From Mytilus edulis (Eukaryota), in NCBI RefSeq assembly GCF_963676685.1, contig NC_092344.1:29946001-30010000 (forward strand): a stretch of 64,000 nucleotides of DNA, read 5' to 3'. A program made the position numbers and the translations under genes. Numbering within the stretch: position 1 is the first letter of the stretch; every line of letters begins with the position of its first letter. This document shows positions 14,400-27,378 of the stretch, piece by piece. The notes under the pieces are model-generated. The model made no database searches, was not told the origin of the DNA, and saw only the letters and a program-made list of their open reading frames with translations.

Positions 14400-16195
14400 C
14401 CAATTTTACTGTTACAGTGACATTTAGTTCTGAAAACCATAAGATTCCTTGAAAAAAACACCTGTCAGACAAAAAAAATGGAAACTAGATTTTACTATTA
14501 TAGAGACATTTAGTTCTAAAAACCTTGAGGTTCCTTGAAAGAATCTGTCAGAGAAAAAAAGTAAACCTAGATTTTACTGTTACAGAGACATTTAGTTTTT
14601 AAAACCCTGAGGTTCCTTAGAATTTAAACATCTGTCAGAGAAAAAAAGTCAAACTAGATTTTACTGTTACAGAGACATTTATTTCTGAAAACCATAAAAT
14701 TCCTTAAAAACACCTGTCAGACATAAAAATGGAAACTAGATTTTACTGTTTCAGAGACATTTAGTTCTAAAAAAACATGAGGTTCCTTTAAACACCTGTC
14801 AGACAAAAAATGGAAACTAGATTTTACTGTTACAATGACATTTAGTTCCTTAGAAAAACCTGATGGTCAGAAAATGGAAAACTAGATTTTATTATTACAA
14901 CTTACAGAGACATTTAGATCTAAAAACCCTGAGGTTTCTTAGAAACACCTGTCAGAGAAAAAAAACAAGTGTAACTGTGAGCAGTAAACTGTGAGCTACT
15001 GCTCACTGATGATACCCCCGCCGCAAGTGGATAATGTCAATTGTGTATGTAAGTGTTCGTTAAACAGGAAGTTGTCAAGTGATGAATCTGAAAATGCATC
15101 ACACAGTATAGCTGACTTATATAAATCCTGAAAGGCTGAAACCAAATTTCAGAAATGCGGGCATTGTAGTTCCTGAGATAAATGCGACGATAATTTTCAA
15201 CTTGGCCATCATGTGTAAAATGATACAAGTGTTCGGTAAACAGGAAGATGTCGAGTGATGAATCTGAAAATGCATTACACGGTATGGCTGACTTATATAA
15301 ACCCTGTAAACCAAAATTCAGAAATCCTGGCATTGTAGTTCCTGAGAAAAATGTGACGAAATATTCATGGGACGGATGGACTAGACGGACAGAGGTAAAT
15401 CAAAGCAGGGGTATAAAAATTGAAACTAGATTTTACTGTTACAGAGACATTTACTGGTAGTTCTAATAAACTATTAACCGCTACACAGACATTTGTCTCG
15501 CCTTTTTGTAATTTTAATAATACAAATGTTGAAATTAATAGAAAAACTTTAACATGTAAGTTTTGCAAATATTCAAATTCAATAAACCATGACTGAAGGT
15601 ACATGGCTAAACAATATCCATGGAATGTGTGCCAATGCTAAAACAACTGCATACCAAATACCATTGTCTTATCATAAGTAGTTCCTTTTTAACAAACCTT
15701 AACAACCAAATACATGTAAATGTATTTACAAAGCAAAATTTTAAAGTCCATAAACAATAAGGGGATAAACTTCATAGTAAAATGAGATGCGCCAATGATA
15801 ATACAAAGTAACTGCATACCAAATATCAATGACCTACCACTAGTGGTTCCCCACAAACAGATCTAATCACAAACTTATACATGAAAACTAAGGAAAAGTT
15901 CAAAGTCAATAGACCATGACTGAGGGGGCAGGTCAAATAATCTCCATGAAAATGAGATATGCTGCCGCTACTGATGCTGGAAACAGCATACCTTAGTGTC
16001 TCTCTTTTTGACTCTGTCATGGAGAGACAAAAACCATGAGGGTCCCACAGAAACACCTGCCAGACAGACAAAAAAACTAGATTTTACTATTACAGAGACA
16101 TTTAGTTCTAAAAACCATGAGGTTCCTTAGAAACACAGTCAGACAAAAAAATGGAATCTAAATTTTACTGTTACAGAGATTAAGTTCTTAAAACC
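14400..16195. repeat. Degenerate ~82-bp tandem array interrupted by two HINE-like insertions
   Basis: aaactagattttactgttacagagacatttagttctaaaaacc..gaggttcctt..cacctgtcaga recurs at ~14483, 14565, 14652, 14733, 14814, 14879, then 15423, 16074 and 16155. Confidence 0.85.
14964..15419 (+). mobile_element. HINE-like element with an internal ~185-bp duplication, inserted in the 82-bp array
   Basis: Starts AACAAG..GATACCCCC, two copies of aagtgttcg.taaacaggaag..gtgatgaatctgaaaatgcat, GGAC microsatellite, ends GGGGTATAAAA. Confidence 0.7.
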
Positions 16196-16984
16196 AGTAG
16201 ATGAGGAGTCTATGGGAACTATAAACAAACTTTTAGAATATCATTGCTTTGCAATTTTCTGTCTTGACTTTGCAGTTGGTTAAACTTTCTGACCATTTGA
16301 ACATTTTGATTTGATAAAACAACTTAAAATTAGGTCAAAATTTTGAAAAGAGTGAAACACTTACAATTCATAGCCACTCTAAATATACCATTTTAAATCT
16401 TATTTGGCATTATATGTAGCATTATTTGGCAAGCAATGGAGTTTCTCTTCATTTGGGATTAGATCTGATAGAGGATTTAAGGTCTAATTTTATACCCTGA
16501 GGCCAATTTTAGACACTTTAATATCATATTTTATTTTTTAGAGAAATATTATTTAAATAAAGAGTGATAGAGGTCAATAACCAAGTTGTCCTTTAATGAC
16601 ACTGATGACCTTAATCACTGGATGTTTAATTTACAATAGTCATGTTCTAGGGTATTTAAGATATTCTTAATAGGCTTTAATCCGACTGGCTATTTCTTTA
16701 GTAAATTTGCTGTAACATTGTTGATATAAAATAGGCAAATGATTCAGTTACAGTAACCTTCATTTTCCCCTTTAGAAGCATATAAGTATCAATATGTTTA
16801 AAATTATAATAAAGCAGAATATGTGTTGAGTTGTATAGGGGCTGGTCAGTATATTTGTATTTGAAAAGCTCAATGACAATTAGGGCCAAACAATAATTGT
16901 GATCATAAGTGTTCTAGGATTCAGAATCAAGATTCAATACTGAGTCTCCCTACATACAAACAGAGGTTTCTTGCATTCTATATG

Positions 16985-17180
16985 GATTAGACCATGGCTT
17001 ATCCTGTTTGAATGGTTTTACACTAGTCATTTTTGGGGCCCTTTATAGCTTGCTGGTCGGTGTGAACCAAGGCTCGATGTTGAAAGCTGTACTTAGACCT
17101 ATATTGGTTCACTTTTACAAATTGTGAATTGGATGGAGAGTTGTCTCTTTAGCAGTCATACCACGTCTTCTTATATCTGT
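16985..17180 (-). mobile_element. Copy of the same dispersed repeat family
   Basis: Aligns with 10300-10491 (tttgaatg..ttt.cactagtcattttt..ggcc.ttatagcttgct ... ggatggagagttgtctc). Confidence 0.75.
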
Positions 17181-17961
17181 ATGAAATGTGTTTTATTAAA
17201 CATACCGGTATATAATATAAGGTTCCAAAGTGATAATTTTTTAAAGAACACCAATTTTTGCCAGGACAAAAAATGATAAATATGTAAATGTACTGCTAAG
17301 TATATCTGAAGTGATTTAACCTAACTACAATTATCACCTAGTTTTTTTCTCAAACCACAACACTTGGGTGTAAGAGAATATAAAGTTGGCTATAAAAACA
17401 GAATAGATTCTGCTAAGTGTCCTTTAAATGACCAATTTACAATTCCTTCACAAAGACTTCAAAGTTATTATAATTTAGGTCATTATACAATTTATTTTGA
17501 CCTAATTTATCATTTAAGTCTTTTATAGTCCTATTCTTGCAGTTAAAATAGCCGAAAATTGAGTAGGATTATCCACATTTCAATGAATAAATTATGGAAA
17601 CCAGGTTGAAGAAATAAGTATAATGTATTCAGGTCTAAATATAAATGTATAAATTACCATTCAAAAGATTCATATTTTGTAACAAAAGTACCCCGGTAGT
17701 AAAATTGGATCTTAGATAATTTGATATTAGGTAGGGATTTTGTAAAGATCTAACTATTAATAAACAAGTACATATCGAACAAATAAATTCTATTTACAGA
17801 ACACAATTATAAGAAAAAAAGTCAATTCACTGACAATTTCATCTATGCTGACCTATTTGCAGATCTAGATTTTTGTTTTTACTGTTTCTATCATAATTCT
17901 GATAGTCGTTTTCAAGATATTGGAAAAAAAAACAATAAAAAATTGTAAAAATCGTCATTAA

Positions 17962-18508
17962 GGTGGTATAGGAGTCTAAAATAAAAATGATAGAATTTGT
18001 TCATACTTTGTCAAAATGTAGTATCTATTGATATATGGTCAAAAATTTAATAAAAATGATAGGTCAGCTACAGGTTGTGACAAAATGACAGAATTTGAAT
18101 GGATTATACCGGAAAAAACACCATTTTGTGATTAGAAACAAAAGAAATTGATAGAATTGTACAATAATAAGAAAAGATAGCTTTCAGACATGATGCTTTA
18201 AGAATATCAAATGAAAAAATAGGGTCACCGTACGTTTCCCCTCCCCTAAAATACAAAATAGGAAAATTCCATGTAGATTCCTTCAGAAAATGCACTGTTT
18301 TAGAGTTACCTCCCCTTAAAATGCCTATTTAAAAACATTTAAAAACAACCAAAAAAATTCTATACTTATTATAAACTTGTTCTTTTCAATGAAAATTCAC
18401 ACTAAATATCTACATTCCTGCATCAAATTTTGCTAACTTGATAGAAAATCTGGACCTCAGGTTCTCTGTCTTTTACAATCCAAGATGGCGAAAGACACCC
18501 ATACCATC
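17962..18508. mobile_element. Kolobok-like non-autonomous element (TTAA TSD, ~16-bp imperfect TIR)
   Basis: TTAA|GGTGGTATAGGAGTCT ... AGACACCCATACCATC|TTAA; purine-purine termini with a TTAA target. Confidence 0.75.
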
Positions 18509-18728
18509 TTAAAGGCTATATTGAATTTCAATATTAAAGGAGTTGACTGGTGATATCTGCCATTTGTCTTCTCAGAGTTTATCTTATTTGTGGATCTTGC
18601 TTTTTTGCAAGATGTATATTTTTATAAGAGATTTATGGGGCATGCAGATCTTCTTAACAAAACAGTTGATGCACAGAAGCATTAAAATGTGTAAACATTC
18701 AACACTGTTATCGTCCTGTAAAATTGTT

Positions 18729-19671
18729 AACAAGAGTGCATACACTGAAATGTCTAGCCTTCTTTACTAATCATTGATATTATGTTGATAGTCCTAAACA
18801 AAAAGCTTTATCACAACTCTGTCACATAAACTAAACATAAACCAAGAAAACTAAATATTGACCTTTGAAAAAAGAAAATGAGGTCAAGGTCAGATGAACC
18901 ATGCCAGGCAGGCATGTACAGCTAACAATTCTTCCATACACCAAATATAGTTGAGCTATTGCCTTATAGTATTAGAAAAAAAGACCAAAACTCAAAAACT
19001 TAACTTTGACCACTAAACCATGAAAATGAGGTCAAGGTCAGATGACACCTGCCAGCTAGACATGTACACTTTACAATCATTCCATACACCAAAGATAGTT
19101 GACCTGTTGCATACAGTATAAGAAAAACAGACCAAAACACAAAACCCCAACTATAACCACTGAACCATGAAAATGAGAACAAGGTCAGATGACACCTGTC
19201 AGTTGGACATGTACACCTTACAGTGCTTCCATTCACTGAATATACTAGACCTATTGCTTAAAGAATCACAGATATGGACTTGACCACCAAAACTTAACCT
19301 TGTTCACTGATCCATGAAATGAGGTCTAGGTCAAGTGACAACTGTCTGACGGGCATTATGACCTTGCAAGGTACGCACATACCAAATATAGTTATCCTAT
19401 TACTTATAGTAAGAGAGAATTTAACATTACAAAAAATCTTATCTTTTTTTTCAAGTGGTCACTGAACCATGAAAATGAGGTCAAGGACATTGGACATGTG
19501 ACTGACGGAAACTTCATAACATGAGGCATCCATATACCAAGTATGAAGCATCCAGGTCTTCCGCCTTCTAAAATATAAAGCTTTTAAGAAGTGAGCTAAC
19601 ACCCCTGCCGCCGCCCGATCACTAACCCTATGTCCAGCTTTCTGCGACAAAAGTTGAAGGCTCGACAAAAA
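18729..19671 (+). mobile_element. HINE-like element carrying ~5 internal ~147-bp tandem units
   Basis: AACAAGAGTG start; aaatgaggtcaagg at ~18877, 19024, 19171, 19317, 19474; GCC microsatellite; 3' hairpin TGTC.AGC..GCT.GACA + AAAA. Confidence 0.75.
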
Positions 19672-20459
19672 CTACCAAAAAAATTGACCTAACACAGTAG
19701 AAGACCAGTTTAATTCAAACACAACTCCAAATTAAATTTGTAGGTTATAATATATGTCGTACAGGTTGACTGACCTACTTCTTTTATTCCCTGGGTATGA
19801 TAACAAGTAAAATTTTACTCTAAAAAGTCAAGGGAAAATACTTCTTTCTTTCTTTCTTTTTTCTTTCAATGACTTAAGATATATGGTTATTAAAGCTATC
19901 AGATTTATTGTGACACTATATTTTGTCAACAAAGGTAAAATGTGTCCCCTACCAAGATTTTCACCTTAGTTTTGACATATACCTTACAATAGAAGTTTGA
20001 TAGTATCAGAATTGATCTACTTTTCACTAAGCAAACACAATGACACTCTTACATTTAATCTTGACATAAAAAATATGTTACGTCACCTTTAGATCAAACT
20101 TTACAATTTGAAAATGTAATCATATTTTATGAACAATACTTGACACCACATTTACAATATTTAAGAAATAACATGATCAAATCACAATAATTTTGTTACC
20201 TTTTTGTACTTTAGAAACTGGGAACAGATTTTTCTTTTCAAATGCTTTATAAGCCTTACTCACTGACAAAAGATCTAAGTGTAACATTAAGTAAAAAAAA
20301 TATATGTTTCCTTTGACCTTGTTGTAATTAATTCTTCACTCTTACAACCTTTTCACAATTCACTAAAAAGATGAGAACAAGAAAAAAAAGCCAAAACACC
20401 ACAAATATTTACTTTATCTGTACTTTAATTTAAAAGTTCAACAGTAATTCAACCTTTGT

Positions 20460-22290
20460 GAACTGAAGAAAAATCCTGAATCATCAATGCTGAGGGACTT
20501 ATATTTTCACCTCTTCACAAAAGAATTTTCAATCAAAAGTATGATATTTTATGAAAGGGGCTCTGGTTTTTATCAGTATTGAGAAAATTTGAAATGAAAT
20601 TAAATTTACTGAAATATTAGCTGAACAAATAAACACACATTTGTAAAGCAATGCATTTCCTTGATTTGAGAAGCAGGAAGTACAAATACTGCATTTAGTA
20701 AGTGGGAGTTACAAAGTTTGAAAAACACCAATTTTATGAGACAGCTTTAAAAGTTTGTTTCATTTAACAAATATGTATATTTGATAGGTAACTTTTGTAA
20801 AACACAAAATCAATTCCTTATCGATAATTTGCAGAAGTTCAGCTTCAAATCTTTTGAATTGGAATTTCTGATATAGCAGTTGAAAAGACTAAGCATGAAA
20901 ATAAGGAGATGTTATGCATAAAATAATGAGACAAATTTAACCTATATGTACTATTTCACAAAAGAATCTTCAATCAAATGGTTGTAAGTTATCATAATAC
21001 ATTCCCATTCGTCTGGGAAGTAAAGATGTTTAATAAAAAGAGTGGGAGGTTACAAATTTTGAAAATCAGCAATTTTCTTAGACCACTTTAAATGTTTGTT
21101 TCCTGAAACATAGATGTATATTTGATCTCAAAATCACTTCCTTATTAGCAATTTACAGAAGTTCACCTTCAAATCTTTTGAATCTTTTTTTCACATTGCA
21201 GTTTTTGTTGAAGAATATATAGCTTGTACATGTACATAAAACAATGAGACAGTAATTTAACCTATACATACTAAAGAAAATTTTGAATCATCAAAGCTCC
21301 AGGACTATTTCACAAAAAAAAATCTTCAATCAGTTTAAATGTAATAATCATCATTTTTTTACGAGTACTACAAAATTTAAAAAGTAATTCAATGGACTTT
21401 CAAGTTGTTGTTTTTTATAAATTAGTTAGACTGGTTGACTCCAGGTCATTTGGCCTTAAAGACGTCATTGAACAACTGGGTTTTACAGTGACGTAAAAAC
21501 ATGAGTATTGTGACAAAGGGAATGGTTTTGAACGTGTGTAAATTTTGAAAGTCGTTTATTTTATTGAAATATTAGCAAAACAACAAGCTAAATATTTCCT
21601 TGATTTGAGAACCAGGAAGTAAATCCTTGTATAGTGCAACAGAACACAAATGGGAGGTAACAACACTTAGAAACAGCATGTTTAAGTCACAGCTTATTGC
21701 TTGATTTGTTTAACAATTATATAAGTTTTGTAAAACAGAAAATCGATTCTTCCCAGAAAATTACAGAAGTTTAAGGCTTCAATTCTTTGGAATTTTATTG
21801 AAAATTCTTATAGCAGTTTTTGTTGACGAAATTTTCTAAAAAGGGAGATGTTAAGCATTATTTAAGACAATGAGAGTCGGAGTCAGTTATTTTACCTAAA
21901 GGAGTAGGCCCAGTATTAGACCCCTTTTTGGCCCCAAAATATAGCAGTTTTACAAAATTGTTAAAATGTAAACTTTTAGTTATTTATTGGAAAGTAGAAT
22001 GCTTCTGCTACATAAATATGGGCTGTTTTTGACAATACAATGCACATGTATATAGGGTACTTGAGCACCATAAAGTCATGCTAAATTACAGAAATCTTCA
22101 CAATTTTAGCATTTTAGTTAAATTTTAGACGGTTTCCATCTTTAAGTGCATACAAAAAAAAATACACTTTGATGTAACAGCTTTCATTTGTTTTATATAA
22201 AAATAGTTGATAAGTACTTTTGTAAAAGAAAGAAGTTAGGCTTCAAACCTTTTGAATTTCAATTCTTTTATATAGCAGTTTTTGTTGAAG
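20460..22290. repeat. Old degenerate long-period tandem duplication (3-4 partial copies), interrupted at ~21900-22140 by a transposon-end fragment
   Basis: gaagtt.a..cttcaa..cttttgaat at ~20834, 21158, 21766, 22232; tgggag.t.acaa at ~20703, 21043, 21650; tttccttgatttgaga at ~20656 and 21596. Confidence 0.6.
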
Positions 22291-22929
22291 AATATACAAA
22301 ATGTAGGGACTTACAAGAGCTGGTGTCAATCACCTGTATCTTCAACAATGGCAACTTTTTAGTCAAAATCATCATTATTAAAGTATTATTAGAGTTAACT
22401 ATAACAATTGTAGTCATGTTGATATTTCATATAGTTCTTATCATGCTGACAAATTTTCCATTTTGAAGTTGCTACCTAATAGCATTTTAAAGAAATTAGT
22501 AAAAACTTTAAAAATAGATAAAAATTGTCATTAAAGGGCAATAACTCTAATAAGAAGTCAACTAAAGATTTCAGCTATGTTAAATTTATTTGAAGATCCT
22601 GTCATCCTGATCATGTTTGTCTTTTACTGATTCTATCTATCAATTATGCAAAAAGAAAAAGAAGAAAATAGTCATTACAGGGCAATAACTTAAATAAGGA
22701 GTCGTCTGATAATCTTGGTCATAATGACTTATTTGTAGATGTTGCCTTGCTGATCATTTTGGCAATTAAAAGTTCTGTCTATCTATTATAATTTTCAGGA
22801 CCAGTGTCCAGGGATGGAACCCACAACCACATGCACTTCAGGAGACCATGCTAACAATAAAAAACAACAATGGCAATGGATATATTTCTATTCTTAACAG
22901 ATTCCTTTGGATTTTTGTTTTCTACATAC

Positions 22930-22977
22930 CTGTACACCTTTTGCCAACTTTACCAGTACCCCATATGAAATCATTAC
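22930..22977 (-). CDS. PIK3R1: Coding exon, 48 nt, phase 1-1: (C)NDFIWGTGKVGKRCT(G); middle of C1 domain
   Basis: TTTTTTCTTTTCTTTCAG acceptor, CAG|GTATGT donor; FIWG..K.G..C is the typical C1 core. Confidence 0.92.
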
Positions 22978-25102
22978 CTGAAAGAAAAGAAAAAATCCAT
23001 TGATGGCATCTCTTTGTATAAAGCATATGAATATCATACAGTATGTAGTTTTTTCCAAAAAAATCAGGTTAAGTTTAGTAACATGATGATGTTTCAAAAG
23101 GACCAGATATTTATACCAGTTTCAAGTTGATCAAATTCATCAAAAACTACCTTGACCAAAAACTTTAACCTGAAGAGGGACAGAAGGACAAATGAACGAA
23201 CAAACCGACGCACAGACCAGAAAACATAATGAACCTCTACTATCGTAGGTGGGGCATAATAATTATTCTGAAATAAATCTCCTCAAAATACAATTCAATA
23301 GAATCAGGTGCATATAATACAGATGAACGCAAATGCCCTGAATTATTAACTTAAGGCATTTAAGAGCAGTAGGAGTTGATTTAAAGTATCAATTCAAGTC
23401 GCGCCTCAACATCTAAATCTTGTAAGCCAAACATGTTCCAACTTCTAAAATTAAACAGATTGGTATTAAAAATCGTATGCAGTGAATCCTCTTGTGATGT
23501 TATAATGCTAACCACAAAGTCGTTTACAGTGAGAGCATTTAAAATGTTTCCCTACTGACCTTATTTAGAAAGCAACAATATTGACTGAGATCCAATAGAC
23601 TGTGTAGGAAGCTACTAGGTTAATAATGTTATATTTAGTAATCAAATTTAATCATGTGACAATATATAGAAAGATTTTTCTTTTTAAGACATATAAAATA
23701 TTTATTACTTCAAAAATGGTGTCATTCTTTTATTCAATTTAGACAGAACTGTCACAAAAATTAATTTTACTTGGAATTCATTTGAAAAATTATTGTCGTA
23801 AGACACAAATTTTTCTATTTTTTTTACACATTTACCTGTATAAAACTAGAATACTATTACGATAAAATTATGTAGTCATAGGAAAATAAATGATATTGTC
23901 AAAAGCTTTTCCATAAGAAATAAATAATATCTTATCTAAGATTGCAGATTCATAATAAAGTGGCCACTTGATAGTTTGAATAATGTTCCTCTTTATTTTC
24001 TGAATTAAAACCAGACAAACAAATCTGTAGCCATGTAACTTTGTTCCCCCTCCCCATGATCACTAAATTTTGGTGCCAGCACTTAAAAAAAATAATTTAT
24101 CAGCAAAATGACTATCAACATGAACATTACTATCATTATTTGGTAACAAGCTTTAAGAGAGAGAAATTGTATAAAGATTTGGTTGCCTTTATAAGAATAT
24201 AGTTATCAAAGGTACCAGGATTATAATTTAGTACGCCAGAAAGTTAGAACTTCAATAAAAACAAACCAGTTCTTTTTTTTCTTATTTCTGTCAGCAACTG
24301 TACAAGTTGGCACAATCATTATAATAATATCTGATGATTTCTTATCTGACTTTGGCACAATATTTTTTGCTTTTTTTCTATTTTCATTTGTTTTAATTGG
24401 GTTTTAACTTTTGGAATATCTTTCTTGGCCCTACGAACCATGTGCAGAATCATGTAATTCCTAAACCTGTTGACAGAACACATCACTGGTAATCTGACAA
24501 ATGTTAAATATTTACTTATGATATCCTTGGAAGATTGCAACAAAACTTTTTGTCCTTGGACTATAAAGTCAATATCAAATCACCAGTCTACAAGAATGAA
24601 TACAAGGGTCATATACTGTCTTCATATAATATTACATCTATAGAAATCATAGAGATAAATTAGAACCATAATATTATTGTCAAGATTTACAGCACATGAA
24701 TTCTGGCATGTGCAGCATGAAAATACATGATGGACTATATAACTGGCGTCACAAAGGAACAAAACATATTCACCAACATATAAAAGTGTAAAAGGTATAC
24801 TATTCTCAAATAGTTGTCAAGATCCTCAGCCAAACAGCATAATGATCAACATTTGTTCACATTTAACCTTTTTCTCTTAAAGAAACCTTGCTAACACAAA
24901 AGATTCTCTTCACATCAAAATTTATACAAAGTAACAGAAAATTAGGGTCTTATAGTATGAATACAAGGAATGTGTTTATTTTCACATGTTTAATAACCAA
25001 TGTTATGTATTGAAGCTTCCAAAATACTCAACCGTATGCAATTCTTTTGATAACTATGAATTATAAAAGAAATTACATCTTTTGTTGATGCAATAATATC
25101 AA

Positions 25103-25285
25103 TAGATAAGGAAGATGTGGTATGAGTGCCAATGAGACAACCCTCCATCCAAGTAACAATTTATAAAAGTAAACCTTTATAGGTCAATGTACGGCCTTCG
25201 ACACAAAGCTTTGGTTCACACCGAACAGCAAGGGCCCCAAAAATTACTAGTGTAAAATTATTCAAACTGGAAAAACCAAAGGTGT
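25103..25285 (+). mobile_element. Copy of the same dispersed repeat family, opposite orientation
   Basis: gaagatgtggtatgagtgccaatgagacaaccctccatccaag is the reverse complement of the 10440-10491 end. Confidence 0.75.
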
Positions 25286-27082
25286 AATTTATCAAGCTCA
25301 GTAGTGAATAAAAATGTCCCATCTACTAGGGCCTAAACAAGGCTCCAAGAACATAGAATCCACACAAAAGATCACAACCAGTGTGCATCTGAAATGTCTC
25401 ACCTGAGTTACTGATCACAAGTCTTAGAATAAAGTTACACAACAAATATTATACAAAATAAACATTTCCAATGATCAATGTAAATGAAGTCCCGGTCATA
25501 TCAATCTTGTCAGACAGACATGAAGGCCTTACAATCATTCAATATACCAAACAGTGTTAACTTATTGGTCATAGTATCTGACTGAACCAAGAAGACTGAG
25601 CTTTGTTAGCCATGTGTGCTTAATGCTTCATTTATAGGTTTCAGAATTGGTGTTGTGTCCATTTCCCTAAACATGTATAAATTATTGTTTAGGGGAAAGC
25701 TAAACCCGCCTCCAGAATTTTTTGCTGTGTTGAAGACCCATTGGTTGCCTTGGGTTGTCTTCTACTTTTGTTTGGGTTGTTGCTTCTTTGACACATTCCC
25801 TGTTTCCATTCTCTATTCCAAAAGACCTTCAACCTTGGAAGTTATCTAGGTTCATCATTAGTCAAGATAAACATTTGTTAATGCTATGCTCGGCCTCACA
25901 AAGGCCATTGTAGCCTGTATGGTGAAGACAATGTGTGTTAAGCATGTAATGACATTGTAACACCCTACAGGATTAATAGTACAACAATACCTCCTTCCTA
26001 AAAGCTTGTTTACAATGCTGTATCAAGATAATAGAAGTCAAATCTAACATAAAACCTAACAGAATTATCCTGCAGCTTTCTCTTCATCTTCTTGTTCAAA
26101 TTTATAAAAAAAAATACATCACACATTTTCAACAATATAAATAGAATGAAGTTGCAAAATTCAATATATTTTTTTTTTAAAGAAATGGAACAAAAAGTGG
26201 GTTTTTTTCTTCTGTTTTCTACATTTCCAATTAGGTAAAGGATATTCAATGTTTTCCACGCAATTAAGAGGTTTTATTTTTACAACTTTCAAAATTCACA
26301 TTATACTGAAGTACAAAAAAGAAAATATGGTATGCATTTATAACAGATACAAGACCATCTCGGCCAAGGTTAATCCACTAGAAGTACTGATCAGCAAGTC
26401 ACTCAGTTTTGCAGAAAGTTCGTATTCAACACAAAAAAGGTTGAGTAATCAAGGTCACTGAAGAGCTGAATGATGTGAATGGTACTGCAATCAGTTTTCT
26501 AATCAGAAACATACATAATTTGTAAGTTTCCTTGTAGACATCATTGTAATCTATTGTCATAAATTACCATAACAGCTTAAGTTATCCTTAATAGCCTGAA
26601 TTTTTTGCACAAATAATGATATATCAGTAGGTAGACTCCAATTGCAGGGCAAAGAGAACTATTTGTTTACAAGTTCAATGCCACAGGAAAAGTGCAAGTG
26701 ACTGTTATACACAGGAAAACACTGTGTCATCAGATCAAATGGCTGGGTTTATTCAAAACTTTATTCTAAGTTGTCACTTGAGTATTGCAACCTGACCCAA
26801 TATATCAGTAAATACTATCATAATGTGTTTGCCTACTTTTTTAGTTTCAAATAAAACAGTTCTTGCTGTTTATTATGCAGCTTTAATTCGTCAATCATCT
26901 AAAGTAATACCTCAAAGGTTTTTATTTTGTAATGTACTTCTTTTTGATGATGTTTAAAAAAAGTGACAGTTAAAAGTTAATATGGTGATAATTCATATAA
27001 TTAGAAATATCTGTGACATCTTACAGCAATTACATATATTTATCACCTCTTGGAAATATCTAACATTGCATTCTGAGGTACA

Positions 27083-27378
27083 TCAGAGAATGTCACAGCC
27101 TACAGAGACTGAGATACTTCAGAGAATGAAGACTGTGATTCGTCAGAGAAAGTGTCAGCCTTCAGAGACTTAAATACGTCAGAGAATGAAGACTGAGATT
27201 TGTCAGAGAAAGTGTCAGCCTTCTGAGACTTAGATACGTCAGAGAAAGTGTCAGCCTTCTGAGACTTAGATATGTCAGAGAGAGAGAGAAAGTGTCAGCC
27301 TTCTGAGACTTAGATATATCAGAGAGAGAGAGAAAGTGTCAGCCTTCTGAGACTTAGATATGTCAAATGTCAGAGAAG
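27083..27378. repeat. Compound 36/23-bp minisatellite with expanding (GA)n
   Basis: gtcagagaaagtgtcagccttctgagacttagatac repeated ~6 times, interleaved with tcagagaatgaagactgagat. Confidence 0.85.
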
